Source: Octopus sinensis
Taxonomy: Eukaryota
NCBI RefSeq assembly: GCF_006345805.1
Contig: NC_043001.1
Location: 56,048,001 to 56,112,000, forward strand
DNA length: 64,000 bases
Direction of reading: 5' to 3'
The first letter of the stretch is position 1; the number at the start of each line of letters is the position of its first letter. A program made the position numbers and the translations under genes. Positions 40,354 to 53,767 of this stretch are shown piece after piece. The notes below the pieces were generated by a model. The model was not told where the DNA came from and made no database searches. It worked only from the letters and a program-made list of their open reading frames with translations.

Positions 40354-41200
40354 CGGCGAGCTGGCTGAATCGTTAGCACGCCGGGCGAAATGCTTAGCGG
40401 TATTTCAACTGCTGCTACGTTCTGAGTTCAAATTCCGCCGAGGTCGACTTTGCCTTTCATCCTTTCGGGGTCGATAAATTAAGTACCAGTTACGCACTGG
40501 GGTCGATGTAATCGACTTAATACCCATGTCTGTCCTTGTTTGTCCCCTCTGTGTTTAGCCCCTTGTGGGTAATAAAGAAATAAGTATTTCGTCTACTGTT
40601 ACGTTCTGAGTTCAAATTCCGCCGAGGTCGACTCTGCCTTTCATCCTTTCGGGGTCGATTAAACAAGTACCAGTTACGCACTGGGGTCGGTATAATCGAC
40701 TTAATCCGTCTGTCTGTCCTTGTTTGTCTCCTCTGTGTTTAACCCCTTGTGGGTAGTAAAGAAATAGGTATTTCGTCTGCTGTTACGTTCTGAGTTCAAA
40801 TTCCGCCGAGGTCGACTTTGCCTTTCATCCTTTCGGGGTCGATAAATTAAGTACCAGTTACGCACTGGGGTCGATGTAATCGACTTAATACCCATGTCTG
40901 TCCTTGTTTGTCCCCTCTGTGTTTAGCCCCTTGTGGGTAATAAAGAAATAAGTATTTCGTCTACTGTTACGTTCTGAGTTCAAATTTCGCCGAGGTCGAC
41001 TCTGCCTTTCATCCTTTCGGGGTCGATTAAATAAGTACCAGTTACGCACTGGGGTCGGTATAATCGACTTAATCCGTCTGTCTGTCCTTGTTTGTCTTCT
41101 CCGTGTTTAACCCCTTGTGGGTAGTAAAGAAATAGGTATTTCGTCTGCTGTTACGTTCTGAGTTCAAATTCCGCCGAGGTCGACTTTGCCTTTCATCTTT
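40354..41200 (+). repeat. Tandem array of SINE B body, 184 bp unit, 368 bp higher-order repeat
   Basis: tatttc unit starts at 40401, 40585, 40769, 40953, 41137; diagnostic variants alternate. Confidence 0.95.
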
Positions 41201-41204
41201 TCTA

Positions 41205-41410
41205 CTATAGGCACAAGGCCTGAAATTTGGGAGAGGGTGATATTCGATTACATCGACCCCAGTGTTTCACTGGTACTTAAGTCATCATCCTCGAAAGGAT
41301 GAAAGGCAAAGTCAACTTCGGCGGAATTTGAACTCAGAAACGTAGCGGCAGATGAAATACCGCTCAGAATTTCGCTCGGGTTGCTAACGATTCTGTTAGC
41401 TCGTCTCCTT
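41205..41410 (-). mobile_element. SINE family B, inverted against the array
   Basis: aaggatgaaaggcaaagtcaacttcggcggaatttgaactcag. Confidence 0.85.
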
Positions 41411-42869
41411 ATCCCTATGATCCTTAATAATAACGTACGTTGACAGCTTGGCGAGGTGATCCACGTGGTCTTTTCCCTTTGGTTGGAAAGTTAGTCTTCG
41501 CATTTGTGCATTTTATGTGATTGTTTTCTAAAATATTTTGGAGATATCTGTAAAGCAGTCAGTCTGTTGTTGCTCTCACTTCATATATATTCTTTGTGTT
41601 GTGTGAAGCATATGTACACTGGGAGTGTATCTGAAGTTTTTTTAATATATATATATATGGTTAAGTTCTTTTTAAAAAGATTGTTGTAATGCTGAAAACC
41701 TTACATTGTATCAATTTGATGAGACCGGACTCAAAGTTTTAGTTGTCCTTAATTTGGGGAAAGTGGAAAGATATTTTGTGTTTTGAATCGGTTCTTGCTT
41801 GCAGGTGATCTGCGAATCCCTTTCTCGAAGACAAAGGTCTTTCTCTGCATACTTTCTTTGTTTGCTTTATTCGATAAGGCCTACTGTGTAGAGCTTTCTA
41901 AAGCGTATCTTTATGCTTTTTAAGAGATAAATGAAAGGATACCTTTCCATCTTCAACATATATTAATCTTAATTTGTAAATACAGCTCAAGAGGATTGGC
42001 GTGAGTACATGTCTATGGTATCATTTGGATGAAAAGAACCTTCAACATAGATAAAAGAGTCTATGTGTGTGTGTGTGTGTGTCTGTAGATACATACATAC
42101 ATAGTCTAGAGATACATACATAGCTGGTCTGTACATACATACATTCATACATACATACATACATACATACATACATACATACATACATACATACATACAT
42201 ACATACATAGTGATCATAATGTAAGTATATGTATTTATGTAACGAAAAACTCTAAAAACCTTTTGAATCAATCTTTTAGTGGTTTACAACTTTTTATAGC
42301 TCAACACTCGTTTTCATCGAATAACTTTTACATATGCTCTCTCTAAGGTTTGGAAAAAGAAGCTAATTTTTTAAGTACAGTGAAACTCAGCTTTACGCAA
42401 AGGTTTATTATCTACACTCTATCTTACTATGCTACTCGTCTGCTCATTTTATTTCATACTTGCGTGGATTAGTATTTCTATGTTAAATCTTTATGAAAAT
42501 TAGTCAAGAAAGCAAGGACTTATACAACGAAACTATATTGCATCTTAGTGGATCATTAGTGTTGTTCCTCCTCACTTATAACACAATGTCCAACTCATAT
42601 TTTTACTGAAAATGTGTACTCTCCATAGCCCCCCCCCCCTTGTAAGTTTATAATACCCCTAGAGAGTGCTACTGCTCTGTTTAAGAACCCTTGATCAAAG
42701 TGGTTATGATGGTAAACGCTTAAAAATTCCAATTTAAATGTATTTTAATAAAAAGTGACTTTTATTATTCAGTTTGAACACCATTTTACTCCAAACACAA
42801 AACTCACTCTCTTCTTGTCTATTCCGATCATCTCTCCTATTTTCTGTTTCCTTCTTTAAATGTAGATTA

Positions 42870-43620
42870 ACTTTGTCAGCATTTTTCTCTACTCTTAATT
42901 AGATGAACTCAATGTTAAAATTCAAAGTTTTGGGAAATCTATTGACGTAATACTTGGAGTGATTAAGAGATTTGAGAGTAAACTCGGCATGTTTCAATGG
43001 GATTTAGTAAAAGTTTCAAGTATTACTCAAGGAGGAAGACATTTTGTTCGAAGGAAATATCTGTAAGAATTTTGAACAACACGCAAAACTGTTTATAAAA
43101 ATTACAAGGGCTGTTGCTGACTAGGTTTCTTCTAGATTTGTGCAATTCAGAGACTTAGAGAAAACAATACAATTTACAAAGTATCCTGATGAAGCACGAA
43201 TCTGAAATTAGATGCATTTGAGTGGTTGACTTGAAGGATCTAGAAATGCAGTTAGTCGCCTTCCAATCTTGTTTGAAAGCAAAAATTCATTACACTTAAA
43301 GTGGATTTAGAAGAAATTGTACGTGAACGTGTACAAGTAATTGTGAATAAACATTTAAACTGCGAACTTGTTGGAATTGAATTCATCCAAATTTTCTCAC
43401 CGATGTATAAATCTGAAGTATTGTTCTCAACATTAAGTAATACAAAAGGAAGAAGAGAAATCGAATGTACGATGACTTGAATGTTGCCTGCGTAGCTTAA
43501 ATGTGTATACAATAAGTACTGTTTGCTTAGCATTAAAATTTATGAGGTATGACCCTCTTATAAAGCAACTTGCCTTCTGGAATTCAGCAACAAAAAATCA
43601 TTAAAAATGAGTTAAAGTTT
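42870..43620 (+). pseudogene. hAT (Charlie/SPIN, GTF2IRD2-like) transposase C-terminal remnant
   Basis: DELNVKIQSFGKSIDVILGVIKRFESKL; SSRFVQFRDLEKTIQF; KDLEMQLVAFQ; FSPMYKSEVLFSTL. Confidence 0.7.
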
Positions 43621-44239
43621 TAAAATTTCCTTTCAATAACCTATAGTTCTTTACGTTTATTGTGAAATTTTAAATCATATTCTATTAAACTCGAAGTCTT
43701 ACTGATATATTAAAAAAGAAATTACTCTTAGACAGTGACTGCTTTCAGTTGGCATCAATGATCATAAAACAAAAACCATCTTGAAAGAAATCCTGACAAC
43801 AGGTTGAGAGAGTCAGCTATTGGATATGGCTGAAAAGATGTGATGAAACCCGGTGGGAGAGGTAGTGGGAGGGTGTGAGAGAAGTACCTATTTGCAAATC
43901 AGACCTGCAAAACCTCTCAATTTGAATGGTGGCGATGATCCTGAAATGAGCTTAAGATCGAATAAGTCAATCGATCCAGTAGATTGGAGCCTCACATCAG
44001 TGAAGTGAAGGCCAATGCGCTATACAGCTACCCAGATAAAGTCTCGAAGCGGTGCACATTCTGTCTTGGTTACCCCTGCAACCTACTGGAGTCTGCTGTG
44101 TAGAGATTTTAACTCACTACACTCACACAAGAAAACTATTTCCAAGCCTCTAAGCCTTTATCTAAAACCAAAATACGTGTATATTTGTGGTACTTCAATA
44201 GCACGAATATTAAAAATAAAAGAATTAAATTTCAATACA

Positions 44240-44405
44240 AGCGTAGGCGTGGCTGCGTGGTAAGAAGTTTTCTCCCCAACCACACGGCTCTGGAGTCAGT
44301 CCCATTGCATGGCACCCTGAACAAATGTCTTTTACTAATACCTCGAGCCGACTAAAGCTTTGTGGGAGGATTTTGTTGATTGAATTGAAAGGAGTTCGCC
44401 GTACA
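44240..44405 (+). mobile_element. SINE family A 5' half, diverged
   Basis: gcgtaggcgtggctgcgtggtaagaagttt. Confidence 0.75.
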
Positions 44406-44514
44406 TATACATACCTTGGGAGTATTCTTTCGAAGACCCCTACGTGTAAAAAGGACTTGGAGAACCGTAGCAGGTCATGTCCAGCGTATATAGCTATCTC
44501 GTCTATATATATAT

Positions 44515-44588
<74 letters not shown>

Positions 44589-44590
<2 letters not shown>

Positions 44591-45457
44591 GGGTGCGATG
44601 GGTAAATTGTAGCAATTTCATATTTTTAATTTAGCGCATTGTTTTTTTTGATTTTGTCGACTACACAATATAATAGGGTTAGTTGGGCACCATCTGTGAG
44701 ACAAAACAGTGTCATGACGCAATTCACTCTGCCAGAAGTTTGGAAACGACATGCTGTACTGCTTGGCATTCGCGCCGGAAGCTCCAATACAAATAGATAG
44801 TAAACACACAGATCAACCGTTAGTTTGCCGTGTCCCCAAAACATGTACCAAGAGTGATAAAAATCAAACATCATGGTGTTTGGAGTGATCAATAGCGATG
44901 ACGACGTTATGCCCCCATTCATCCTCTCCCACGGTCTCAGACTGAACACGAATGCCTACATCAAGTGTCTTGAGGAGGTAGTGCAGTCCTGGGTCAAGAG
45001 GGTGGCTGCTGGAAGACTATGTTTGGCAACAGGACTCTGCACCATGCTACGTAAGCAGGAGAACACAGTCATGGCTGTCAGACAACTTCTGAAGCTACAT
45101 CACTGCTAACATCTAACCACCTAACTCTCCAGACTGCAATCTCCTTGATTACTATGTGTGGGGCGCAGTAGAGCGAGAGAACAACAAAGCTCCTTGTAAT
45201 GCCAAAAATGAACTGAAGGCAAGTATTATGGCAGCATTAGCCAACTTAAACAAAGAGACCGTCCAGAAGAGTCGCGGGTGATTCCGAAGCCGTCTGGAGG
45301 CCGTGGCTGAAGCCAATGGCAATTTTATTAAATAAATTTATTCTTTGCTATTTCAAAATATCTTTATGTAATTCTTGTAAATATATCTGCTAAATGAGAT
45401 GTCAGTGTTATTTTCATTTTTGCGTAATTTAGACGACAATATATTCATCGCACCTTG
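44589..45457 (+). mobile_element. maT/DD37D transposon, internally deleted
   Basis: TIR cagggtgcgatg / catcgcaccttg; MVFGVI..VWQQDSAP..PPNSPDCNLLDYYVW with 37 residues between the last two Asp; in-frame stops. Confidence 0.9.
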
Positions 45458-45469
45458 TATATGTATATG

Positions 45470-45584
<115 letters not shown>

Positions 45585-47133
45585 GTACGTATGTGTGTGT
45601 GTGTGTGTGTGGTATCTTTATGTCTACGTTTGTCCTCCACCATCGCTTGAAAACCGGTGTTGGTGTGTTTACTTCTCCGTAACCTAGCGGTTCTGCAAAA
45701 GTGGCTGACAGTCACACATTCTGTGAGCTCATCAATGTGTCTCTATCCCATGTATCTCCTCTTATCCTGTTTATATACATATGTTTAATCTATCTTCACA
45801 GATGGTTAGTGTCTCCTTGTCTGCCTTCGTTGTCAATGGCGTGTCTGACTTCCTGTCCATGACCTCTCAGATGACTGTTCCGGTGCAGAAATGCATAATT
45901 TGAGGCATAGAAGATATGAAACAAAAGTTCAACTTTCACTGGATTGGTCAGGTCAGGTTGTGGGATAAACAGTTGCCCGATTAAAGTTTTTAACGTTTTC
46001 GACTTGAAGTTGAATCTTCTCACAGATTAGGCCTGCAAGTATTACCACTCTTCCATTGCCTTAGTGTTTTCACTTGAAGGAATGACAAATGATGTGGCCA
46101 TGAAAATATCTGTATGTCACTGGATTGTATTGATAAATGCTTGTGCAACACATATACCAGTATACCACTCTCTGAGTGTCTGTGGTTTGCACCTAGTGGC
46201 TGTCGAAGTGAGATAACCAGTAATCATGTGAAACTACAAGTTTACATCAGAATGTTCCGCTCCTAGAAAGATGCTGTGACGAGAGAAAGGGGTCCATCAC
46301 TCCCAGTGGTTTTACAGCTGTTGATTACTGTTAATTTAACAGAGTTCATCCATCCTTTGACAAATACAGCGTATCAACTTATTGTCTTATAATGTGAGTG
46401 ATTTGGCACCAACCGTTGGTGGGTAATCATTATTTTAGTGGAAATGTCAAAAGTCAGATGAGAAGCAATGAATATTAATGTCCACATATACAACAGTTTC
46501 ATTCTACGGTGAAAATGTTGTTTTCAATGTTATTTTGTGTGTAGCCCCAGTCAACGTTGATCCTGTGAGCAAAAGCATTCCAGTCGCAACAAACGATGTT
46601 TTTTTCAGGCATAGCGTGACTAGAAAATTTAAGGTTGTAGGTTGTATTCAGAGAGGGAGATTTGATTGTTGCTTTTAGTAAGTCGAACGACAACAAAGAG
46701 ACTCCTTCTTTGACTACATCTGTTGTTGTTGTTGTTGTTGTTGCTGTTTAGTCTTCAGAGGAGTTTGATTCATCGGATCTATGATCAAAAGTGCTTCAGT
46801 TGTAATCATCCTTTTTCTGTAGTCATTGACTGATATTGATTTTCCCCACCAATAACGTATTTAATATCGCCTGCATTAAATACGTTAGCACTAACTTTAG
46901 TATTGGTTTTTATATGGCTGGCGTTTTAATGCTTTCTGAAGTGCTTGGTTCTTGACGTGTTAAAGCTCATATAATTGGTACTGAAGGTGCAGCTTTGGGA
47001 AAGGATACCTTCATAAACTATATCCTTTTCTTGGATAGTATCTAAATTGAAATAAACACCAGAGATGCTTTGACCCCAGCAAAAACTACAGGAGTTACTC
47101 AGAGGTATTTCCAGCTCTTCTAAATCCATTGCA

Positions 47134-47796
47134 ATGCTGGAAACAATTCTGTATCGTCAGCAGGTATCTTTGGGTCGTAAGCGTTTACCCCTTTGCATAT
47201 ACGCTTCACCTGAGTGGTTCCAGTTGCGGTCGGGAAAAACTATTCAGTCGCTGATGCAAATAGATCAGGACTCAATCAAAAGCATCCCACACCAAACTGA
47301 GCTTCCAGACAGCCATAACCTATACGTTGTAGTAAACGGTAGGAGGCCTCGCTGTTACTTGTGTGGCAGCGAAGAGCACCTAAAAACTAAGTGCCAAACA
47401 GCGAAAGAACAACAACAACCACAACAAGGAAAAAGTGAAAAGGAAAAAGGTCCCTTACTACCCACACCACTAGCAACACAGAAGACAAGCAAAGGGAGTA
47501 CGACAAAAGAAACGCACCAACCAAACCCACCAACACCAACAAATGAACATACAACAACACCTAGAAAAACACCACCAACAACAACAGCAAGAACTAAAGA
47601 AACAGAAAAGCCAAAAGACAATGCAAAATCTGATTCCCCTTCCACTATATCTCATACACCACACACAAACAATCAACAACCAACATCAATGAAAACAACA
47701 ACACAGCCACTTAACAAACGCACATCGACGCTTACAATATGCTCTTACCCACTTCCGATACCTCAGAAATTTCGTCGTAAGAGGAATGGCAAGTAG
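47134..47796 (+). pseudogene. LINE ORF1 (gag-like) remnant
   Basis: VVVNGRRPRCYLCGSEEHLKTKC zinc knuckle followed by T/P/K-rich tail. Confidence 0.8.
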
Positions 47797-48133
47797 CCAG
47801 AAAAGGAAAGAGGAAGAGGAGCAAAAAGAAAAAAACAAAACAAATGCAAATAAAGCAGTGAGATAAACAAATCCCGAAGACATTTCGAACCCTAACACAA
47901 ACAACAGCAACAGCAACACCACACAAACATATTTAGCAACCATCCACACAGCCATAAACACTAAAAACACCGAGTTGATGGAATACATCAACTCAAAAAC
48001 AAACTTAACAGAAATACCTTTAAAAAAACTATTGTGATCTCCTCGAGGACAAACCGAAGGAGAAGGCAACAAAAACTTTCGAACAGTAAGTAACTCTCAG
48101 TTCCTTTCGTTTGTGTTTTAACTCATTAGGATT

Positions 48134-51100
48134 ATGATGAAGATTGGTTGTGTGAGTGCGCGTGGCTTTGGGTCCCCTTAGAAACAAGAGTACCTTTTAA
48201 ATGACATAAAGTCACACGAGTTAGAAATCATAGCCATAAGTGAGACCAGACTCCATAATCCACGGGCCCTAAAGTCCATGTTTGGCGGTCAGTTTAACAT
48301 TTATTTTTCTCCCTGTCTGCCGAGAATGAGCGGTAGTGGCACAGCGGTAACATCTTCGTAAGAGTCTGGATCTCGAAGTAAATACAATATTCGTAAACCC
48401 GGAGGGTAGACTGGTTGTCCTGGATGTCGAGGGCAACAACGGGTGTGCTTTTCGACTCATATCAGTCTACGTACCGCCTTTCTTTCGACGTCTGGAAGTA
48501 TTCCTAGGAACGACTCGTCCTTTACTTTTAATGGAGGATTGGAATGCTACGTTGGAGACGCATTTAGACTACGTGGGCAGAAATAGTAATAGGAAGTGTT
48601 GCAAATGTCTCAAAGACCTGCTCAGACGCTTTCAACTGTCTGACAGGTTAGACTTAGATAAAGAACATAGGCAGGGTCCCGGCTACTGGAAACTGAACGC
48701 ATCCTTCCCGTCGAGACAGGTTTTCAGAACTGGATTAGCACGCTAGTGAAGAGGTCTTTGACGGGAGCCATCATCGACAACAAATGGTGATTTGCGCTAA
48801 AGAGAGCAATAAAAGCGGAAGCGATTAGGTATAGCAAACCACTAGCCATCGATAGAAACAGAGTAGAGGGTGACCCTAGTAAAGAAGCTAGAAGAGGCGA
48901 TTAGAAGTGGCGTCGCATCCGACGTATTGGCGGCGAGTTTGGCCCTCGACCAACACTTCAACGCCAAACACGAAGGGTGCGTTGTCAGAGCTAGGATGTG
49001 TGCTATAAGGATGGAAGGTGTTAGAGCTGCGTGAGAGGCCCGGGTGGCGGAGCCGCAACAGGGCAACAAAGCCACTATTCGGTCTCTGATGGATGAACAG
49101 GGGCGCGAATTACTCGAGCCTAGTAAGATGTGTAAGGCCTTTCAGCAGCACTTTGCCTGAATTTTCGGGACAAGTGGCGAGCGAGAACGCAGGGTGGACT
49201 TCAGTGTCTATCTGCATAGCCTGCCACGACTCTCGGCAAGAGAGGCAGAGTGTTGCGAAAATACCATCACAGCGGCAGATGTGCGAGACGCGATGGCAGA
49301 GTGTGCGAGGGACAGATCGCCGGGTTTGGATGGTCTGCCCTACGAGCATCCCCGGTTTTGTGAGCCGAGGAGCCGTAACGCTGCTAAAGAAAGATCCAAA
49401 CAAGGGGGACATAATAGATAACTTTAGGCCCATCACTCGACTCAATGCAGATTTGAAAATTTTGGCTAAGGTGCTAACCAAGAGGTTGACGTTTGTCATC
49501 GAGAAACTGTCGACAAGGCTCAAACATTCGCCGTGCCGGCCGGAGATTCTATGACAACCTCCCCCTCATGCGCTACATCATAGACAGGGTAGTAAAGGAA
49601 CCTGGCATGGGTGGGGAACAAATCAATTTGGATCAATCCAAAGCTTTCGATAGAGTAGAGCATCGATACTTGGAGGCTGTCCTCATAGCGACTGGGTTCG
49701 GTCCCGTTTTCCGCGGCTGGATCGCTGCCTTATACAAAGGCATCTGTTCGGTAATTCTCGTGAATAGGCATCTATCGAGTCCATTCGACATTGCACGTTC
49801 GGTCCGTCAGGGATGCCCCCTCTCGTCGCTTCTGTACGTGTTGATACTCGAGCCACTACTGCGGAAGCTAGCGACACTGAGGGGCATCCCGCGTGAATTG
49901 GGATGTGAGACGAGCATTTCCGCATACGCGGACGGCGTCACCGTCATAGTGTCTAGCTACAACCACGTCGAGCTGGTCGGCGAGACACTGAAACAGTACG
50001 AAGTGGTAACAGGAGCGAAAATCAACCGGGAAAAGTCAGTGGGCTTGCGACTCGGCACCTGAAGAAGCAAGCCCATGCCTTCATCGTGGGACACTGGATC
50101 GACGGGCCGGTCGAGTTGCTCGGGGTCTGGTTTGGTCCGGACCTCCAAACGGAGAAGAACTTGGACAAGATAACGATTTGGGTGGTCACTCTCGCCCGGC
50201 AATGGACTGAGAGGAAGCTGTCCCTAAAAGGTCAAGCGGTGTTGGCGAACACGTACATCGCGTCCGTCATCTTCTACCGTTTGACCGTCGTGCCGTGACC
50301 CTACCATCACCAAACTGGAACGCATCTTCTTCCGCTTCTTGTGAAAAGGAAGCGTTCCGATGGTCAGGCGATCAGTTTGCTGCCAACACCCGCTAAAAGG
50401 AGGGCTGGGCATGCCGTGGTTGATGATGCACAGACACGCGCTAAGACTGCGTCATTTCCGACTCTACGTAGACGATGGTGAACAAGTGCGGTCGCCGTTT
50501 GTGAGGCGCGCTTTCCCGCAGCTCGTCTCCATGGTCGAACTGCAGTCGTGGATCAAATAGAGACTAAGGAAGGGCGAATGGTACCGCGTGTGTCGCATTG
50601 CTCTCGAGCAACTATGCCGTCCCGGGTTGACCTTGAGCGACTGCATCACAACCAAAGCATTCTATACGGGATTAGTGGAGGGGAGGTACGACGACGATCT
50701 CGGGGCGAACCTGGGCGTCGACGTGGGGTACCTGACTTGCTTGTTCAAGACGATTTTCGGGCCGGGACCCATGGACAACTTCCAGAGATCCCTGGCCTGG
50801 TAGTGCTATCGAGAAGCGCTACCTGTTCGGAATAATCTCTACAGGCATGGCTCGAGAAACACCGGGCCGACCTGCCCAGAATGCAGTCAGATCGATGAAA
50901 CTGTTCTGCACGCACTCGTACAGTGTCCAACCATTTCCGACCTGTGGGTCTATGTCGAACGACTGCTATCGCGTGTGTGACGAGTCGGTTTATCAGCTGA
51001 GTCTATCGTCAATATTATCACGCCTCCTTCCTTGAGTCGGGAAGGAAGAGCCATTTTTATCGTACTTGTGGCTATGGCGAAAGAATGTGTATGGAGGACG

Positions 51101-51290
51101 CGTCTGAAATATGTACAGACACACATTTTCCTCTTTGGTCATCTCTCATCAACTTCTTCAAGTAACACATGAAGCGGAATTTTAGAGTAGAGAAGGAAGT
51201 TTTGACTAGTGAATGTTTCAATAAAAGATGGGTGAATGTAGCAAGGTTGGCACGTGTGAATGACGGAGCCATCTTTAGTATAATCTATGA
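48134..51290 (+). pseudogene. LINE ORF2 (endonuclease-RT) with stops, frameshifts and deletions
   Basis: MKIGCVSARG, AISETRL, EDWNA, PGYWKLN, SPGLDGLP, NFRPIT.LNADLKILAK, LDQSKAFDRV, SVRQGCPLS, AYADG, GGLGMP, CPEC..ETVLHALVQCP. Confidence 0.9.
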
Positions 51291-51599
51291 TCCAGAAAAA
51301 GAAAGGAAAAAAAGAGAGTCATTTACTGTAATGTGTGTTTTTTTTGCTTGACATTTTTGCCCAAGGTTACCATGGCCTTTTCCGTAGGCTTTTCTTTCCA
51401 CGGATAAACCTAATTCTTTTTCCCTTTTACATTTATGACATCTCTGTGATACACGATCCCTATTGATCGGCATTTTTTTCCCACGATCCCTTTTGCTTGA
51501 AATTTTGTTTCACCCACCCCGTTTTTTTGTCGCCAAAAGAAAAGCTCCACATTGCATTTTGTCCCCTCCGCGTTCGGTCCTGTGTGGCTAATGAAGAAA

Positions 51600-52270
51600 C
51601 ATATCTCGAGCTAGTTTCAGCTGCCGTACCTACATCCTTGATGACTTTCTTCAGTTGTCTAGGTTTCACAAATCTGCAGGAAGTAGCGCCGCAATGACCC
51701 AGATGGAAAGGCGTGATAACTGATTTCAATGGGGAAGGAGGCTGCATGCGAGCCCTTGAGAAGGGCCTTGTTGACTAAATCCTGATATTTCGATTTCTTT
51801 ACCTGGTGGGAAATATCGAGTCTGTCCTCCCAGAACTTTGTGACCACAATAATTGCTTTTGTATTCCTTGAGAGCAGGAACATGTCTGGTCGGAGTGATG
51901 TTACCACTATTTGTCTTCTGCTAAGGCATCTCTGCCCCTTAGGTGTACTTGCACCGCTCAGTATGAGGTTGAACATAAAATTAAAAAAAACGTTTTCTCT
52001 TCCATTGCTTTCACTTTGGGGACGTTGTCACCTTCCTTTAGGAATTTGATACCCTTTGATGGTGACTGGTGTTTATTAGCCTTCACCCTTTGCAGATCAG
52101 TCTACTTGGCAATTATTGCAAGAACCTTGTCATGTCTCCATGAGTATCAGTCTTTTCCTAGTGTTCTAGGTAATCCAGTCAAAATGTGGTTCAGGGTGCA
52201 TAGAGCTGCTCTGCAATGCTTGCAGAATGGGTCTTTTCTTTTACCTCATATTTCAAGATTAGTATCTCCA
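51600..52270 (-). pseudogene. RLE-type non-LTR retrotransposon (HERO/NeSL-like) 3' fragment
   Basis: LNHILTG..YSWRHDKVL and LRPDMFLLS..WEDRL..KKSKYQDL..FPIEI, the CCHC plus PD-(D/E)XK restriction-like endonuclease layout. Confidence 0.8.
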
Positions 52271-52939
52271 TTATGCTAAGAAGTAAATAGACGTAACTAT
52301 AGAACGAAACCAAATATATCATTTACATATGATTTTCAGTCACCGTAGTACGTTAACTAATCTTAATACTTTAACTAATTTTAGTACACTGTACTTAATT
52401 TCATAACAGAAAAAGTGCATATATTTGAGTGAAAGACGTATACTAGCAGAAAACAAACTATAACAGTAATAGAGATATGTGATACTTCATTTTGTTTAAA
52501 TATTAATAATATAAATGTTGCATTTATAATAGTTTATATCTTTGGTTTGCTTCCATAGATTATCGGTCATTGTCTTAATACTATATACGTTGCGTTTAAT
52601 GGATTATATCTTTGATTTCGTTCCATAGTTTATTAGTCAACTGTTTTACGTATGATACATCACTTGCTTGTGTGTGTATAATGAACTATGTCTTCGATAG
52701 TGTTCAATATTCAAGAAAACGTTTCTACAAAACGTTTCACATATAAACTGTAGCGCGTAGTATAGATAATATTAGTAATTGACTAATGTTGTGTTTTTCT
52801 CAGCACCTAATTATTCCTAATTAGCTTTTTAATGCACTGATCAACAGTGTTTACTTCTCTTCGATAAAGCATAGTTTCGATTAATTAAATTAATCGTGTT
52901 CTCCACATTAAATGTCTTAATCGTGCTTAATTTACTAAT

Positions 52940-53016
<77 letters not shown>

Positions 53017-53350
53017 GTGAATCAGTGATTAGCTTGCTGGTAAACGATAACCGATAACCAACGACGCTATTGTCCACAAAATGCAATATGGAACAGAAAA
53101 AAAAAAAAGCAACGAAGCAAACCACAAACAGAAAAACAATTAGGAGGTTGAATCATAGGACACCGAAACGAAAAGTGATGTAAAACTCTTAAAACAGGTA
53201 AGATCAATTTACTGTTTCATCTGATTATGGCGACAGCGTATCACAAGCGACTTTCCCGAGGAGTTTCAGCTATATAATTATTTCCTTAGGAAATATGATT
53301 AATATTAAATTAAATATAATGATCAAATTCACTAAAGAATGCCTTCAGTA

Positions 53351-53552
53351 TTTACGTTAATTACATTCGAATGATATTTGTCCTCATCTTGTTTGTTGTT
53401 AACACAACGTTTCGGCTGATATACCCTCCAGCCTTCTTCTGGAAGAAACAACAAACAAGATGAGGACAAATATCCGTCGAATATAAATAATGTAAATAAT
53501 ATAAATAATGTAAATAATGTACAGAGTTCCTCATCTCCTAAATATAGAACTG
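53351..53552. mobile_element. Short Penelope-like inverted insertion with TSD and hammerhead remnant
   Basis: TSD aatgccttcagta at 53338-53350 and 53553-53565; inverted arms gatatttgtcctcatcttgtttgttgtt / aacaacaaacaagatgaggacaaatatc. Confidence 0.8.
53401..53442 (-). ncRNA. Minimal hammerhead motif, truncated
   Basis: Minus strand cagaaga-a-ggctg-gagggtatat-cagcc-gaaa-cg-tt: 5 bp stem II, palindromic ACGT; U4 changed and 5' stem I strand missing. Confidence 0.55.
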
Positions 53553-53767
53553 AATGCCTTCAGTAGTTGTAAATGATTGTAGTCCAAAGCTATAATGTTT
53601 CTGTTCACTCCGCAAAAGACATAGTATTGTATACATACATGAAGAGAAACCGGAATTGGTCCGATAGTTGCGGTAGCAGTGGGCTGCAGGAACTCACCTC
53701 ACTCATTGAAATTCTCTACTATAAACCGTGTAATTTGCGAAAAACACAAAATTAAAGCAAATAATAT

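Larger units (their letters stand above)
47030..51600 (+). mobile_element. Tx1/L1-clade LINE, near full length, inactive
   Basis: ORF1 with CCHC knuckle, ORF2 with APE endonuclease, RT and C-terminal Cys/His motif, T-rich 3' UTR ending gtggctaatgaagaaa. Confidence 0.9.

Noticed and set aside
40354-41200. CRISPR-like regular array
   Set aside because: Whole units repeat with no unique spacers; units are SINE bodies; eukaryotic context without cas genes
43185-43210. ctgatgaagcacgaatctgaaa as a hammerhead
   Set aside because: No stem II pairing and it lies within hAT coding remnant; likely chance
45800-46330. Possible CR1-like fragment on the minus strand (LRGHG motif)
   Set aside because: Only one short motif; too weak to call
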